Position numbers and translations under genes: made by a program. Source: Candidatus Poribacteria bacterium (lineage in GTDB: Bacteria > Poribacteria > WGA-4E > PCPOR2b). Taken from it: a stretch of DNA of 64,000 nt. The stretch covers positions 3,072,001 through 3,136,000 of the forward strand of contig OZ242326.1 in the NCBI GenBank assembly GCA_965208325.1, given 5' to 3'. Shown piece after piece: positions 40,794 through 52,909 of the stretch (the stretch's first letter is position 1; each line of letters starts with the position of its first letter). The notes under the pieces were generated by a model. It did not search any database. It was not told the origin of the DNA and saw only the letters and a list, made by a program, of their open reading frames with translations.

Positions 40794-43244
40794 CTATTCC
40801 TGCGCACCGCTTCCATTTCCAGAAATTTTACCAACATCAACGACAATTTCATCTGGACGCAGAGCCATCAGACGAACGCCTTGCGTATTTCTGCCAATTG
40901 CCCGTATGTCGCTTACAGGGATTCGAGTCACCATACCGTTCGAACTTATGAAAATCAACTCATCATCATTCGATACCATTTTAACGGCGACGACGGTACC
41001 GTTTCGCTCGCTTGTTTTAATAGCGATTACTCCCTTTCCGCCACGCGCTTGCAATCGATATGCCTTCAAGGAAGTTCGTTTCCCATAGCCGTTTTCCGTA
41101 ACAACTAGCAGCATTAGCCTCTCATCCGCGGCAGACACCATTCCAACAACAAAATCATCATCCGCTAAACGAATCCCCCGCACCCCTGCCGCTGTTCGCC
41201 CCATACTACGGACTTCATCCTCATTAAAGCGAATCGACAGTCCGGATTTCGTCACAAGGACGACCTGGTGGTCTCCTTCGGTTAACTGTACTTCAATCAA
41301 CTTATCTCCTACATCAAGATTAATGGCGATAATTCCAGCGGAGTACGGCCTACTGAAAACGTCGAGGCTGCATTTTTTTACAATCCCATTTTGAGTTGCC
41401 ATGAAAACAAACCGATTTTCGTCAAACTCCCGTACTGAAACAAACGCTGTAATTTTTTCGTCATTCTCGACCCGTAAAAGGTTGACAATGGCTCGACCAA
41501 TTGATGTCCGGCTGCCCTCGGGAATCTGAAAGACCTTAAGCCAATAACATTTTCCGCTATCCGTAAAGAATAGGATATACTGGTGCGCGGAAGCAACAAA
41601 TATGTGTTCGACGAAATCTCCTTCCTTTGTCCCCATCCCCATAACTCCGACGCCGCCTCGATGCTGGCGGCGGTAGACCGAGATTGGCATCCGCTTGATG
41701 TAGCCAGTGTGTGAGATAACCACAACCATCTCTTCATCGGCAATCAAATCTTCAATATTAAACTCTTTGACGGCATCAATGATTTCAGTTCGACGTTCAT
41801 CCCCGTATTTGGATTTTAATTCTAATAGCTCGGTCTTGATTATGTCGGTAATTAACATCTCACTTTCGAGAATGGCTTTCAGTTCTTCAATCTTTTCCAG
41901 AAGATCGGCGTATTCGTTATTGATTTTCTGTCGTTCCAAGCCGGTCAACTGGCGTAATGTCATTCCCAATATCTCATTGGCTTGTATTTCCGACAGCGAA
42001 AAAGTTCTGATCAATTCATCCCTCGCATCTTGCGGATTGTCCGCTGTCTGAACAATCTCGATTACCTCCTCGATTTGATTCAACGCTATACGATACCCTT
42101 CCAGAATGTGCGCTCGTCTCTCGCATTGATCCAAATCAAACTGAGTTCGACGACGAAGAACTTCTCTCCGGTGTTCAAGATATGCCTTAAGTATCTCTTT
42201 CAGAGGCAATACTTTCGGAATTCCGTCGACCAAGCACAACATAATCGAGTTGAAGTTGCTCTGCATCTGGGTGTGCTTGTACAATTGATTCAAGATGACT
42301 TGTGCAATCTCGCCCCGCTTCAGTTCAACAATAACACGTATTTCCCGATCCGATTCGTCACGTATGTCCGAAATCCCGGTGATTGTTTTACTTACGACCA
42401 GTTCATACATCTTCTCAAGCAACTGGTTTTTCTTGATTTGGTACGGTATTTCTGTAATGACAATCTGTTCCTTTCCCCCTGCCAACCGCTCAATCACAAC
42501 TCTTGCCCGGACCGTGATACTCCCCTTGCCAACTGTATACGTTTCGCGAATGCCGTTTTCGCCGACAATCAAACCTGCTGTCGGAAAATCGGGGCCGGGA
42601 ATGCATCTCATCAACTCTTCAACCGTGGCAGCCGGATTCTCAAGAATTAAAATTAAACCATTGACAATCTCGTTTAAATTATGGGGTGGGATTCGCGTGA
42701 GATATCCGACGCCGATTCCAGTGGTGCCGTTGACAATCAAATTAGGTAAACATGCCGGAAGCACTGTGGGCTCGGTCGCCGATTCCTTGTAGTTCGGCTG
42801 AAAATCTACAGTATTCTTGTGAATGTCCGCCAGCATCTCATCAGCAACTGGCATTAACCGGCATTCTGTGTAACGCATGGCTCCAGGGGGATCATCATCA
42901 ATCGAGCCAAAGTTCCCCTGTCCGTCAATTAACGGGTAGCGCATCGCAAACTCTTGCGCTAACCCGACCAATGTGTCGTAAATCGGACCATCTCCGTGCG
43001 GATGAAAATTTTTCATCACCTCGCCGACAACCGCCGCACACTTATCGTAAGGACGATTAGCCGTCAGATTGATCTCGCCCATAGCATAAATAATGCGCCG
43101 CGTGCTCGGTTTCATCCCGTCTCTTACATCAGGAATCGCCCGGTTCGTATTGACGCTCATCGCATAGGTCAGGTACGATTCCTTTAACTCTTCCTCAATG
43201 TATCTCGGAAGGATATTTTGGTTTTCTCTATCTGATGTGAGCAC
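40794..43244 (-). CDS. gyrA: DNA gyrase subunit A
   Basis: PDVRDGMKP, HPHGD, AMRYTE, GyrA-box QHRGGVG, C-terminal pinwheel repeats. Confidence 0.98.
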   Translation of the reverse strand: MLTSDRENQNILPRYIEEELKESYLTYAMSVNTNRAIPDVRDGMKPSTRRIIYAMGEINLTANRPYDKCAAVVGEVMKNFHPHGDGPIYDTLVGLAQEFAMRYPLIDGQGNFGSIDDDPPGAMRYTECRLMPVADEMLADIHKNTVDFQPNYKESATEPTVLPACLPNLIVNGTTGIGVGYLTRIPPHNLNEIVNGLILILENPAATVEELMRCIPGPDFPTAGLIVGENGIRETYTVGKGSITVRARVVIERLAGGKEQIVITEIPYQIKKNQLLEKMYELVVSKTITGISDIRDESDREIRVIVELKRGEIAQVILNQLYKHTQMQSNFNSIMLCLVDGIPKVLPLKEILKAYLEHRREVLRRRTQFDLDQCERRAHILEGYRIALNQIEEVIEIVQTADNPQDARDELIRTFSLSEIQANEILGMTLRQLTGLERQKINNEYADLLEKIEELKAILESEMLITDIIKTELLELKSKYGDERRTEIIDAVKEFNIEDLIADEEMVVVISHTGYIKRMPISVYRRQHRGGVGVMGMGTKEGDFVEHIFVASAHQYILFFTDSGKCYWLKVFQIPEGSRTSIGRAIVNLLRVENDEKITAFVSVREFDENRFVFMATQNGIVKKCSLDVFSRPYSAGIIAINLDVGDKLIEVQLTEGDHQVVLVTKSGLSIRFNEDEVRSMGRTAAGVRGIRLADDDFVVGMVSAADERLMLLVVTENGYGKRTSLKAYRLQARGGKGVIAIKTSERNGTVVAVKMVSNDDELIFISSNGMVTRIPVSDIRAIGRNTQGVRLMALRPDEIVVDVGKISGNGSGAQE

Positions 43245-43295
43245 GTTCTACCCTACTTCTGTTACAGTTGGTGAGTACAAATCCTTTTCTACCTA

Positions 43296-45764
<2,469 letters not shown>

Positions 45765-45857
45765 TCATTTGATATCTATTGATGAGCCGGGTAGGAGATT
45801 AATATTTCGAGAAGATTGTTACTTCTTTTTCGGACTCAAAGTTGGTAAAATCTGTCC

Positions 45858-46439
45858 CTATGAGGAACCGCGGCCGCGCTCAGGAGAATCAGTATCGTGA
45901 TTAGGTTGATTCTGGGAGGAGATGTAACCGGATTTCGACTGGACATCATCAATAACAGCGCGTTGGCTCTGTTTCATAAAAACACGTTTTAAGCACGCTT
46001 TCAACTCTGTATCCTCTACTTTGGCAACCTTACGATCGATTCGCTCCATAATATAAGGGGTAAGTACAACTTTTTCTAAACTATTTAGACGCTTGGAGGG
46101 CTGACGAGGTTGCATCTTTCGGGTACTAGGCTTGATAGGCTTTACAAAAAACTGCAAATCTGTCACTGCGGTTTTGCCAACAGTATGGTTGATTTTTTCA
46201 GTGACATGCTGCTTAAGTAACGAAAGCTCAGTAATCAAAACGGAATTCACCGCATAAACCGTTAACTTACCGTTAAACAGTGATATGGCTCGAGTATTGC
46301 GCGCCACAGGTTCTCCCACGGCACTATCCCAGGCAGCAAGCACTTTCGCCTCAAGTATTTTACGATCGTAACCATATTCGCGCAATAAGTATGAAAGGAT
46401 ATTTTCAATTTTATGCGTGTTGTCTGATAACTTGTCCAT
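45858..46439 (-). CDS. dciA: DUF721/DciA family helicase-loading protein with C-terminal extension
   Basis: AWDSAVGEPVARNTRAISLFNGKLTV...ELSLLK; position between recF and gyrB. Confidence 0.8.
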   Translation of the reverse strand: MDKLSDNTHKIENILSYLLREYGYDRKILEAKVLAAWDSAVGEPVARNTRAISLFNGKLTVYAVNSVLITELSLLKQHVTEKINHTVGKTAVTDLQFFVKPIKPSTRKMQPRQPSKRLNSLEKVVLTPYIMERIDRKVAKVEDTELKACLKRVFMKQSQRAVIDDVQSKSGYISSQNQPNHDTDSPERGRGSS

Positions 46440-47733
46440 TTTTTATCGTTAAAATGCAGCTGTCTTCCAGAGATTCGGTCCAAACCTCCCGCCGCGTCGA
46501 AGTGATAAATGTCTGTGAATTTAATCGTTGCAGCATATCAAACAAATATGCCGAACGCATCTCATCTAGTTCCGAGATAACATCATCTAGCAATACAACT
46601 GGCGCTTTATCTGTTATTCCACGAATCAACTCTAACTCACCCAATTTTAAAGCTAAAGCAATCGTCCGTTGTTGTCCCTGTGAACAGAAGGATTTGGCAT
46701 CCTGGCGTTGCAAATATTCGCCTCTCCCTGTTTCTAGCGTCAGTTTCAAATCGTCCCGGTGGGGACCTACGGACGTCGTCCCACGGAGTATATCTTGCGA
46801 TCGAGAACAAGATAGAGCCTTTAAGTATTCATCCACGGCTTCGGATTGGCTAATGGAGTCAATACCTTCGAGAGCTTCCGGTGGTTGGTACTCCACGACA
46901 AGTGTTTCACTCCCACCGGTCAGTTCACTATGTTTTATTTGCGCATACGTACTCAACTGCCTTAGCATTTTACTTCGAGTTTGTATAATAGAAACACCAT
47001 CGTCAATGAGTAGTGAATCCCAAGCCTCTAAAAGATCGCTTCTGGCTTGATTTGCCCGAATTTGCTTCAGTAGCTCATTTCGTTGCTTGAGCGCAAACTG
47101 GTAATTTTGCAGATGGTTTAAGTACGCCGGACTGAGTTGAGATATTAGTATATCAATAAAACGTCGGCGTTCGGATGGCGCCCCTTTTACTAAAGTAAGC
47201 GATTCGGGTGAAAAGAAAACGACATTGAACTGTCCAATCCACTCGGAAAGCTTCCGTTGAAGATCTCCATTCAGCTTAAACCGCTTTTTGCCATTCGATT
47301 CGTTCGAGACTTCCAGAGTCATATTAAGCGAGTCTAGATCCTGGCTTTCGGGCTTAGACGAAGTTGAATAGCAATTACTAATGTCGGCAGATGCCTGGCA
47401 TCCTTCAATATAGCTAGATTGAACTGCCGAGTTTGAGAGCGGGGATTCGTGAATTAGATTAGAATGAGTGCCGGTGGGCTGAGTTCGTGTAGTCGCATCG
47501 CAATCAGGCGCAATCATACCTTTTAGATAAAACCAGTTCTCGTTATGCCGTATTAGCTCAACATCTGGGTAGGTGCGGTGGGATTTGGCTGTGCTAAGAA
47601 AGTAAATCGCCTCCAACAGGCTAGTTTTACCCTGTGCATTTCCGCCGACAATCAGGTTACCTTTATTCGGAAATTCAATCTCGCAATCTACATAAATCCG
47701 AAAGTTACGTAACAGAAGGTAGTTTAATCGCAT
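46411..47733 (-). CDS. recF: DNA replication/repair protein RecF with an internal insertion
   Basis: NFR, GGNAQGKTSLLEAI, RRRFID, GPHRDD, SQGQQR, LLDDVISELD. Confidence 0.96.
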   Translation of the reverse strand: MRLNYLLLRNFRIYVDCEIEFPNKGNLIVGGNAQGKTSLLEAIYFLSTAKSHRTYPDVELIRHNENWFYLKGMIAPDCDATTRTQPTGTHSNLIHESPLSNSAVQSSYIEGCQASADISNCYSTSSKPESQDLDSLNMTLEVSNESNGKKRFKLNGDLQRKLSEWIGQFNVVFFSPESLTLVKGAPSERRRFIDILISQLSPAYLNHLQNYQFALKQRNELLKQIRANQARSDLLEAWDSLLIDDGVSIIQTRSKMLRQLSTYAQIKHSELTGGSETLVVEYQPPEALEGIDSISQSEAVDEYLKALSCSRSQDILRGTTSVGPHRDDLKLTLETGRGEYLQRQDAKSFCSQGQQRTIALALKLGELELIRGITDKAPVVLLDDVISELDEMRSAYLFDMLQRLNSQTFITSTRREVWTESLEDSCILTIKNGQVIRQHA

Positions 47734-47765
47734 CGTTTTAACGAGTAATGTCGGAGACCTTCGGC

Positions 47766-48869
47766 CTAGCTTTCAAGCCTCATAGGCATAATCAAGCCGA
47801 GATGATTATCTTCGCCTACAGGTTTTAAAACCACGGCACTCAACGGATCCTTGAATTCCATCGCCACCTCTTCAGTTTGAATATGCCGTAACACATCCAT
47901 CAGAAAACGTGCATCAAATGCGATTTCGATACCGCCATTGCTGCTTTTGAAATCTATAGTTTCCTCAGCCTCTCCCAATTCCGGCGTTTTTGCAGAGATA
48001 TTGACTGCGTTTTCATCAACGTCCAATCGGATGGAGAAATTTTTTGGGTTTGAGAACAAAGCCACACGCCTCAAAGCACTGAAAAACAACTCCACATCAA
48101 GCACAACTTTCCCCTCGTTGTCTTTCGGGATAATTTGCTCGTATTTAGGGTATTCCCCTTCCACCAATCGAGAAGTAAGGGTTGCAACATCATCCGCGAA
48201 AATGATTTGATTTTCCCGCAAACAGACGCGTATCTCCTCCGATTCGGCAAAAGTCTTGACAATTTCACGGACTGCTTTGAGTGGCACAATTATCCCTATG
48301 GGTTCTTGCGGCGTTGGTGTCAATGGACCATTTGAAGCGATAGCCAAACGCCGCCCGTCTGTTGCAACCATCTGAGTAATTTCGGGCGTCAAATAAAAGT
48401 AAAGCCCGTTAAGAAAATACCGCGTTTCCTCAATGGAAGCTGCAAACTCCGTTTTGTAAATCATTGATCGTAGAACTTCGCCGTTTATTGTAAAAAAATC
48501 GTCCTTAATTGTAGGAAGATTCGGGAATTCGTCATCGGGCAAACCAATCATTTTGTACGTACCTTGGGCGCATGCAATTTCAACGCGATCGTTTGCTGTT
48601 GTAGTAAACCTAATTTCTGCCGGCGGAAGTTCGCGTGCAATTTCAGCAAGTTTTCTGGCGGAGAGAGTGATAGCCCCCCCGTCGGATATTGTCCCCGGAA
48701 CAATCATCCGAATACCGACCTCCAAATCTGTTGATGCAATCACAATTTGATCGCCGGTCGCATCAATTAAAACGTTTGATAATATGGGCAGCGTGTTTCT
48801 TCCAGCAGCTACACTCTGTACTACTTGTATTGCTTTTAGCAAATTTTCCTTTTCGAATATTAGCTCCAT
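47766..48869 (-). CDS. dnaN: DNA polymerase III beta sliding clamp
   Basis: LPILSNV, STDLE, VATDGRRLA, GEYPKY, LIMPMR. Confidence 0.98.
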   Translation of the reverse strand: MELIFEKENLLKAIQVVQSVAAGRNTLPILSNVLIDATGDQIVIASTDLEVGIRMIVPGTISDGGAITLSARKLAEIARELPPAEIRFTTTANDRVEIACAQGTYKMIGLPDDEFPNLPTIKDDFFTINGEVLRSMIYKTEFAASIEETRYFLNGLYFYLTPEITQMVATDGRRLAIASNGPLTPTPQEPIGIIVPLKAVREIVKTFAESEEIRVCLRENQIIFADDVATLTSRLVEGEYPKYEQIIPKDNEGKVVLDVELFFSALRRVALFSNPKNFSIRLDVDENAVNISAKTPELGEAEETIDFKSSNGGIEIAFDARFLMDVLRHIQTEEVAMEFKDPLSAVVLKPVGEDNHLGLIMPMRLES

Positions 48870-48969
48870 TTTTTCCCCCTTAAAGTATGTTATTAAAATT
48901 TCAAATTACTTTTAATCGCTAGGTTACGGTCAAGCAATCCCGTCTTCATTTGGGAGTACTGTACTCTTG

Positions 48970-49185
48970 ATATTATAAATTTATATAAAAATTAAAGTAA
49001 TAGTAGTAGGTGTGGAAATGTGGATAACTGCTGAAATGCTAAATAATTATTGGGTTGCGATGCTGGGTAAAAGTTGTGGATAATTAATCGAATATCCACA
49101 ATTTTTGTACATCTCTTTATTTATCCACATTTATCCACCAACTATACACAAAGTTATACACATGCTTATCCACAAGTTATACACA
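48970..49185. promoter_or_regulatory. oriC: oriC, dnaA-dnaN intergenic part: DnaA-box cluster, DnaA-trios and AT-rich unwinding element
   Basis: TGTGGATAA at 49019 and 49075; TTATCCACA at 49121 and 49166; TTATACACA at 49154 and 49177; near-matches at 49092, 49131, 49142; TAATAGTAGTAG at 48998-49009 next to an AT-rich tract. Confidence 0.92.
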
Positions 49186-49542
49186 TTATTTTTTGTTCGA
49201 AGTTTTGCTAAAATATAAACCCGACTGGTAAATATTGTGGTACGGTTCGCTATCGAGACTGATGGCGTAGTTATTATTGTTGCTATCGTCAAACCGCTGC
49301 CTGTTGATAGAAATTCTTATTAACGCAGCTATGGAGATAAAAATTACAATTGCAATGCAACCGAAATGGTATTTTGCGGATAATGCAGTAGGTGTTCAGT
49401 GCGGGAACATCCGACATGAGAAACTTCACGAGGCAAATGCCATTATTAGTTTTTGCAACACGACAGCGCGATGGTATGTAACTATTTGGTCTCAACCAAC
49501 AACAAAAGGGCTCAAATATTTGATGTATCGGCATTAGTTAAG

Positions 49543-50886
49543 TTATTGTATATCAGCAATCAATAATTTGATATCCTGCTCAAGTTTTGTATCGTGTGGT
49601 ATCCTTTCTTGGATTTTATCGCACGCATGGATAACGGTGGTATGATCCTGCTTATTGAAAGCAGCCGCAATTTCTTGCAATGACATACTTGTCAATTCTC
49701 TACAGAGATACATCGAAATTTGCCGCGGGTAGACGTAAGCCCGGTTTCGCTTGGAAGATTTCAGGTGCGATATCTTTAATTCAAAATAGTTGGCGACAGC
49801 TTCTTGTATATCATCGACGGTGATAGCTCTATGGTGAACGACAGGCGATTGTGTAGAGAGAGGGCCTAACACTCGCGCCGCAAACTCAACAGTTAATTCT
49901 TCCTCACGGACACTACTCTCCATAACGAGGCGATTGAGTTTGCCTTCAAGATCGCGGATGTTAGTTTGAACCACTTCAGCAATGTAACTTAAAACACTAT
50001 CAGTAATATTTTCATATCCATAGTCTTCGCACTTCTGGCGCAGGATAGCCAGTCGTGTCTCAAATTGCGGCGGATCGATATCTGCTACCATGCCGCACCC
50101 GAAGCGAGACGTAAGTCTTTCCTCAACAGTTTCAAGGTTTCTGGGTGGGCGGTCACTTGTCATCACGATCTGATTCGAGTTCAAATGTAACTCGTTGAAG
50201 GTGTGGAAGAATTCCTCCTGTGTGCCCTCTTTGCCCCGTAGAAACTGGATGTCATCAATCAAAAGCACGTTTGCTGTTCGGTATTTGTTACGAAAATCCT
50301 GCGCAGTTGTCCGGGCGGAAATAGAATCAATGTATTCGTTCATAAAGATTTCAGAAGTCACGTAAAGCACTTTGAGGTGTGAATGATGTGCCTGGATATA
50401 ATTGCCAACTGCATGTAGCAGGTGCGTTTTCCCCAACCCAACTCCGCCATGGATGAATAGCGGGTTGTGTTTATCTCCGGGTTCTTTAGCGCAGCCAAGT
50501 GCAGCAGCATGGCTCAAACGGTTACTGGCTCCAACGACAAATCGGTCGAACGTGCACTTGGGGTCTAGGCGGGTTTCTTTAGCGGGAAGTACGGAGGTTG
50601 CGGCAGCGGCGGACGAAAAACCGGGAGTCGAATTATTATCAGGCTGAACCACGGTGATGTTAAGCCTGCATCCCGTCCCCACGAACTCTTCTAAGTATTC
50701 GTTTATCGATGTTAGAAATCGATCGTGTATTTGCTCTTGTGTGAAGAGAGCTGGCACTGATACAGTGAACTGACTGTCGGTCAGGGTAATAGGTTTGGTC
50801 TGTTTTAGAAAAATATCCTCGCGCGCAATGTCACCAAGTTCAGATAAAATTTGCATCCAGATGTCATTCGGGCTCTGCTGCATCAT
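49543..50886 (-). CDS. dnaA: Chromosomal replication initiator DnaA
   Basis: NPLFIHGGVGLGKTH, LIDDIQF, QEEFFHTFN, DHTTVIHA. Confidence 0.99.
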   Translation of the reverse strand: MMQQSPNDIWMQILSELGDIAREDIFLKQTKPITLTDSQFTVSVPALFTQEQIHDRFLTSINEYLEEFVGTGCRLNITVVQPDNNSTPGFSSAAAATSVLPAKETRLDPKCTFDRFVVGASNRLSHAAALGCAKEPGDKHNPLFIHGGVGLGKTHLLHAVGNYIQAHHSHLKVLYVTSEIFMNEYIDSISARTTAQDFRNKYRTANVLLIDDIQFLRGKEGTQEEFFHTFNELHLNSNQIVMTSDRPPRNLETVEERLTSRFGCGMVADIDPPQFETRLAILRQKCEDYGYENITDSVLSYIAEVVQTNIRDLEGKLNRLVMESSVREEELTVEFAARVLGPLSTQSPVVHHRAITVDDIQEAVANYFELKISHLKSSKRNRAYVYPRQISMYLCRELTSMSLQEIAAAFNKQDHTTVIHACDKIQERIPHDTKLEQDIKLLIADIQ

Positions 50887-51057
50887 AGTATTCCTAGATT
50901 CATTTGTGCGGGGAGATTACGGCACCATATGAGAGTTTCATTAAAGCTGTGTTAAGCAAAGTAAAACACATCAAGGTACTAATACAGTTGGCTATGCAAA
51001 CATTTTTAATTAACTGTGCTGAGGTGTATTGGCGGGTAAATGATGAGAGAGGGATTT

Positions 51058-51088
51058 ATATCCACAAGTTATTCACAACTTATCCACA
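51058..51088. promoter_or_regulatory. DnaA-box triplet upstream of dnaA (second oriC part and/or dnaA autoregulation)
   Basis: ATATCCACA (51058), TTATTCACA (51069), TTATCCACA (51080), at 11-bp periodicity. Confidence 0.85.
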
Positions 51089-51369
51089 AAATTTATACGA
51101 CCTAGAAACGTGGTAGTAGTAGTACTTTGTATAGCAAAAGAAGAGTATAAATGTCGGAAAAAATGATGGTCGAAAATCCCACTAAATTTTAATTACGGTA
51201 CGATTATCGTCTTAAATACACCTTGCGCAAAATAACGTCTCAAGAATGTCTGACCTTATGTACATTGCCGCAACGCTGCCCACGAAATAAGATGCAACTA
51301 AAGTCCTAGTATATCATGAATCGGAACTTTGCGCAAGATGTAAATCGAACTTGTTGAAGGGGATTAAAC

Positions 51370-51399
51370 TTGACAAATTCTGATCGAATAGACTATTAT
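51370..51399 (+). promoter_or_regulatory. Putative rpmH promoter
   Basis: TTGACA-18 bp-TATTAT. Confidence 0.55.
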
Positions 51400-51440
51400 T
51401 CCTCTGCTTTTCGCAGATTAATCTAGGAAGGAGCGAGCTA

Positions 51441-51575
51441 TTGAAACGTACATACCAACCTCACCGCCGCAAACGAAAAAACAAATTTGGCTTCCGTAAA
51501 CGGATGTCCTATCGGGATGGGAGAAAAATCCTGTCTCGAAGACGGGCGAAGGGACGAAAAGTGCTCAGTGCCTAA
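51441..51575 (+). CDS. rpmH: 50S ribosomal protein L34
   Basis: Below ORF-track cutoff; TTG after AGGAG gives [44 protein letters not shown]. Confidence 0.97.
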   Translation: MKRTYQPHRRKRKNKFGFRKRMSYRDGRKILSRRRAKGRKVLSA

Positions 51576-51601
51576 ATTTCATATCTAGAGAATGCTTGAC
51601 G

Positions 51602-52603
51602 ATGATACTGCCGCCCGGAAAGCTAAGTATAGATTTCTTGCAGGAAATTCTACCCAAACCGCAGAACGAAAACCGCCTTCTCGCGGGACCAACCATCGGC
51701 GAAGATGCTGCAGTTATTGACTTTGGGGAAACTTGTCTTGTTGCGACGACAGATCCAATTACGTTTGCAACTGAAGAGATTGGTTGGTACCTTGTCTGCG
51801 TAAATAGCAACGACATTGCGACGATGGGCGCAGTTCCAAAATGGTTGTTAGTGTCCATTCTCTTGCCCGAAAATCAAACAACCGAGGATTTGGTTCGTAA
51901 GATTATGCTGCAAATAACGTCGGCATGCAGACAATTTAACATTACGCTATGCGGCGGGCATACTGAAGTCACTTTCGGCTTGGATCGGCCGATCGTCATC
52001 GGACAAATGCTAGGCGAGGTCAAAAAGGAGAACTTGATTACTGCAACAGGAGCTCGCGCGGGGGACGATTTAATACTAACCAAAGGGATTGGCATCGAAG
52101 CGACAGCAATAATCGCGCGTGAGCGAGAGGAATATTTGTCTAACCGATTTTCGCCTGCATTCTTGAAACGGGCGAGAAGCTATTTGACAAATCCCGGCAT
52201 TTCAATCTTGAAAGAAGCCGCAATTGCTGCCGGCATCAAGGGCGTTCATGCGATGCATGATCCAACTGAAGGCGGTGTGGCGACGGCAATTCACGAGTTA
52301 GCGTATGCAACGAAGCTTGGTGCAATCCTTTGGGAGAAAAGACTGATTATCTCGGAAGAGACCGAACAACTGTGTGCAGAATTTCACCTCGATCCGTTGG
52401 GCGTTATCTCTTCGGGGGCATTACTCATTGCCGCGGCGCCAGCGTATACCAAAGAAATTTTGATTGCCCTATCTAACCAAAATATCTCTTGTGAGGTAGT
52501 TGGTCAATTATTAGCTCCGGATAGCGGTCTCTGGCTTGAGACCGACGGCCAACGCCGTCCGCTGCCTATTTTTGAAACCGACGAGATTACTAAGATTTTA
52601 TAA
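51602..52603 (+). CDS. AIR synthase-related (PurM/HypE/ThiL superfamily) protein
   Basis: GKL, GEDAAV, TTDPIT, NDIATMGA, GGHTEVT, AMHDPTEGG. Confidence 0.88.
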   Translation: MILPPGKLSIDFLQEILPKPQNENRLLAGPTIGEDAAVIDFGETCLVATTDPITFATEEIGWYLVCVNSNDIATMGAVPKWLLVSILLPENQTTEDLVRKIMLQITSACRQFNITLCGGHTEVTFGLDRPIVIGQMLGEVKKENLITATGARAGDDLILTKGIGIEATAIIAREREEYLSNRFSPAFLKRARSYLTNPGISILKEAAIAAGIKGVHAMHDPTEGGVATAIHELAYATKLGAILWEKRLIISEETEQLCAEFHLDPLGVISSGALLIAAAPAYTKEILIALSNQNISCEVVGQLLAPDSGLWLETDGQRRPLPIFETDEITKIL

Positions 52604-52713
52604 ATTTTTGTATTAGTCAATGAGAAGGTTGACACTGCCGACTATTTCTCACTTGGTCAAAATTTCCAGATTCAGCCTGGATGTCGGACTTAGCGCGGGC
52701 GCAAATCACCTGA

Positions 52714-52745
52714 CCCCCTCTAGCTCCCGCTTAGCAAGGGGGAGG
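52714..52745. repeat. Short palindromic element CCCCCTCTAGCTCCCGCTTAGCAAGGGGGAGG
   Basis: C5...G5 stem in the intergenic region; single copy in this window. Confidence 0.4.
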
Positions 52746-52909
52746 ATTTTCCGATGCAAGCATCAATGTGCGCAAACTATCCTCTTGACCATTACAGATT
52801 TTATAGATTGTCCAAGTTTAATTGCCGGATTTTCTATCCAAAGGACTAGATGTTGGTTAATGAACAACAGCGCATGGAGGCGTGATTTGGAATGTCCGGA
52901 GTGATGTAA

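Noticed and set aside
46280..47050. 256-aa plus-strand ORF, and similar long antisense ORFs such as 18201-19004 and 41982-42650
   Set aside because: Shadow frames of well-supported genes on the opposite strand.
47325..47515. Intein in RecF
   Set aside because: Too short and lacks a His-Asn/Cys-Ser-Thr splice junction.
49277..49537. Short ORFs between dnaA and dnaN on both strands
   Set aside because: No recognisable motifs or SD; they lie in the origin spacer.
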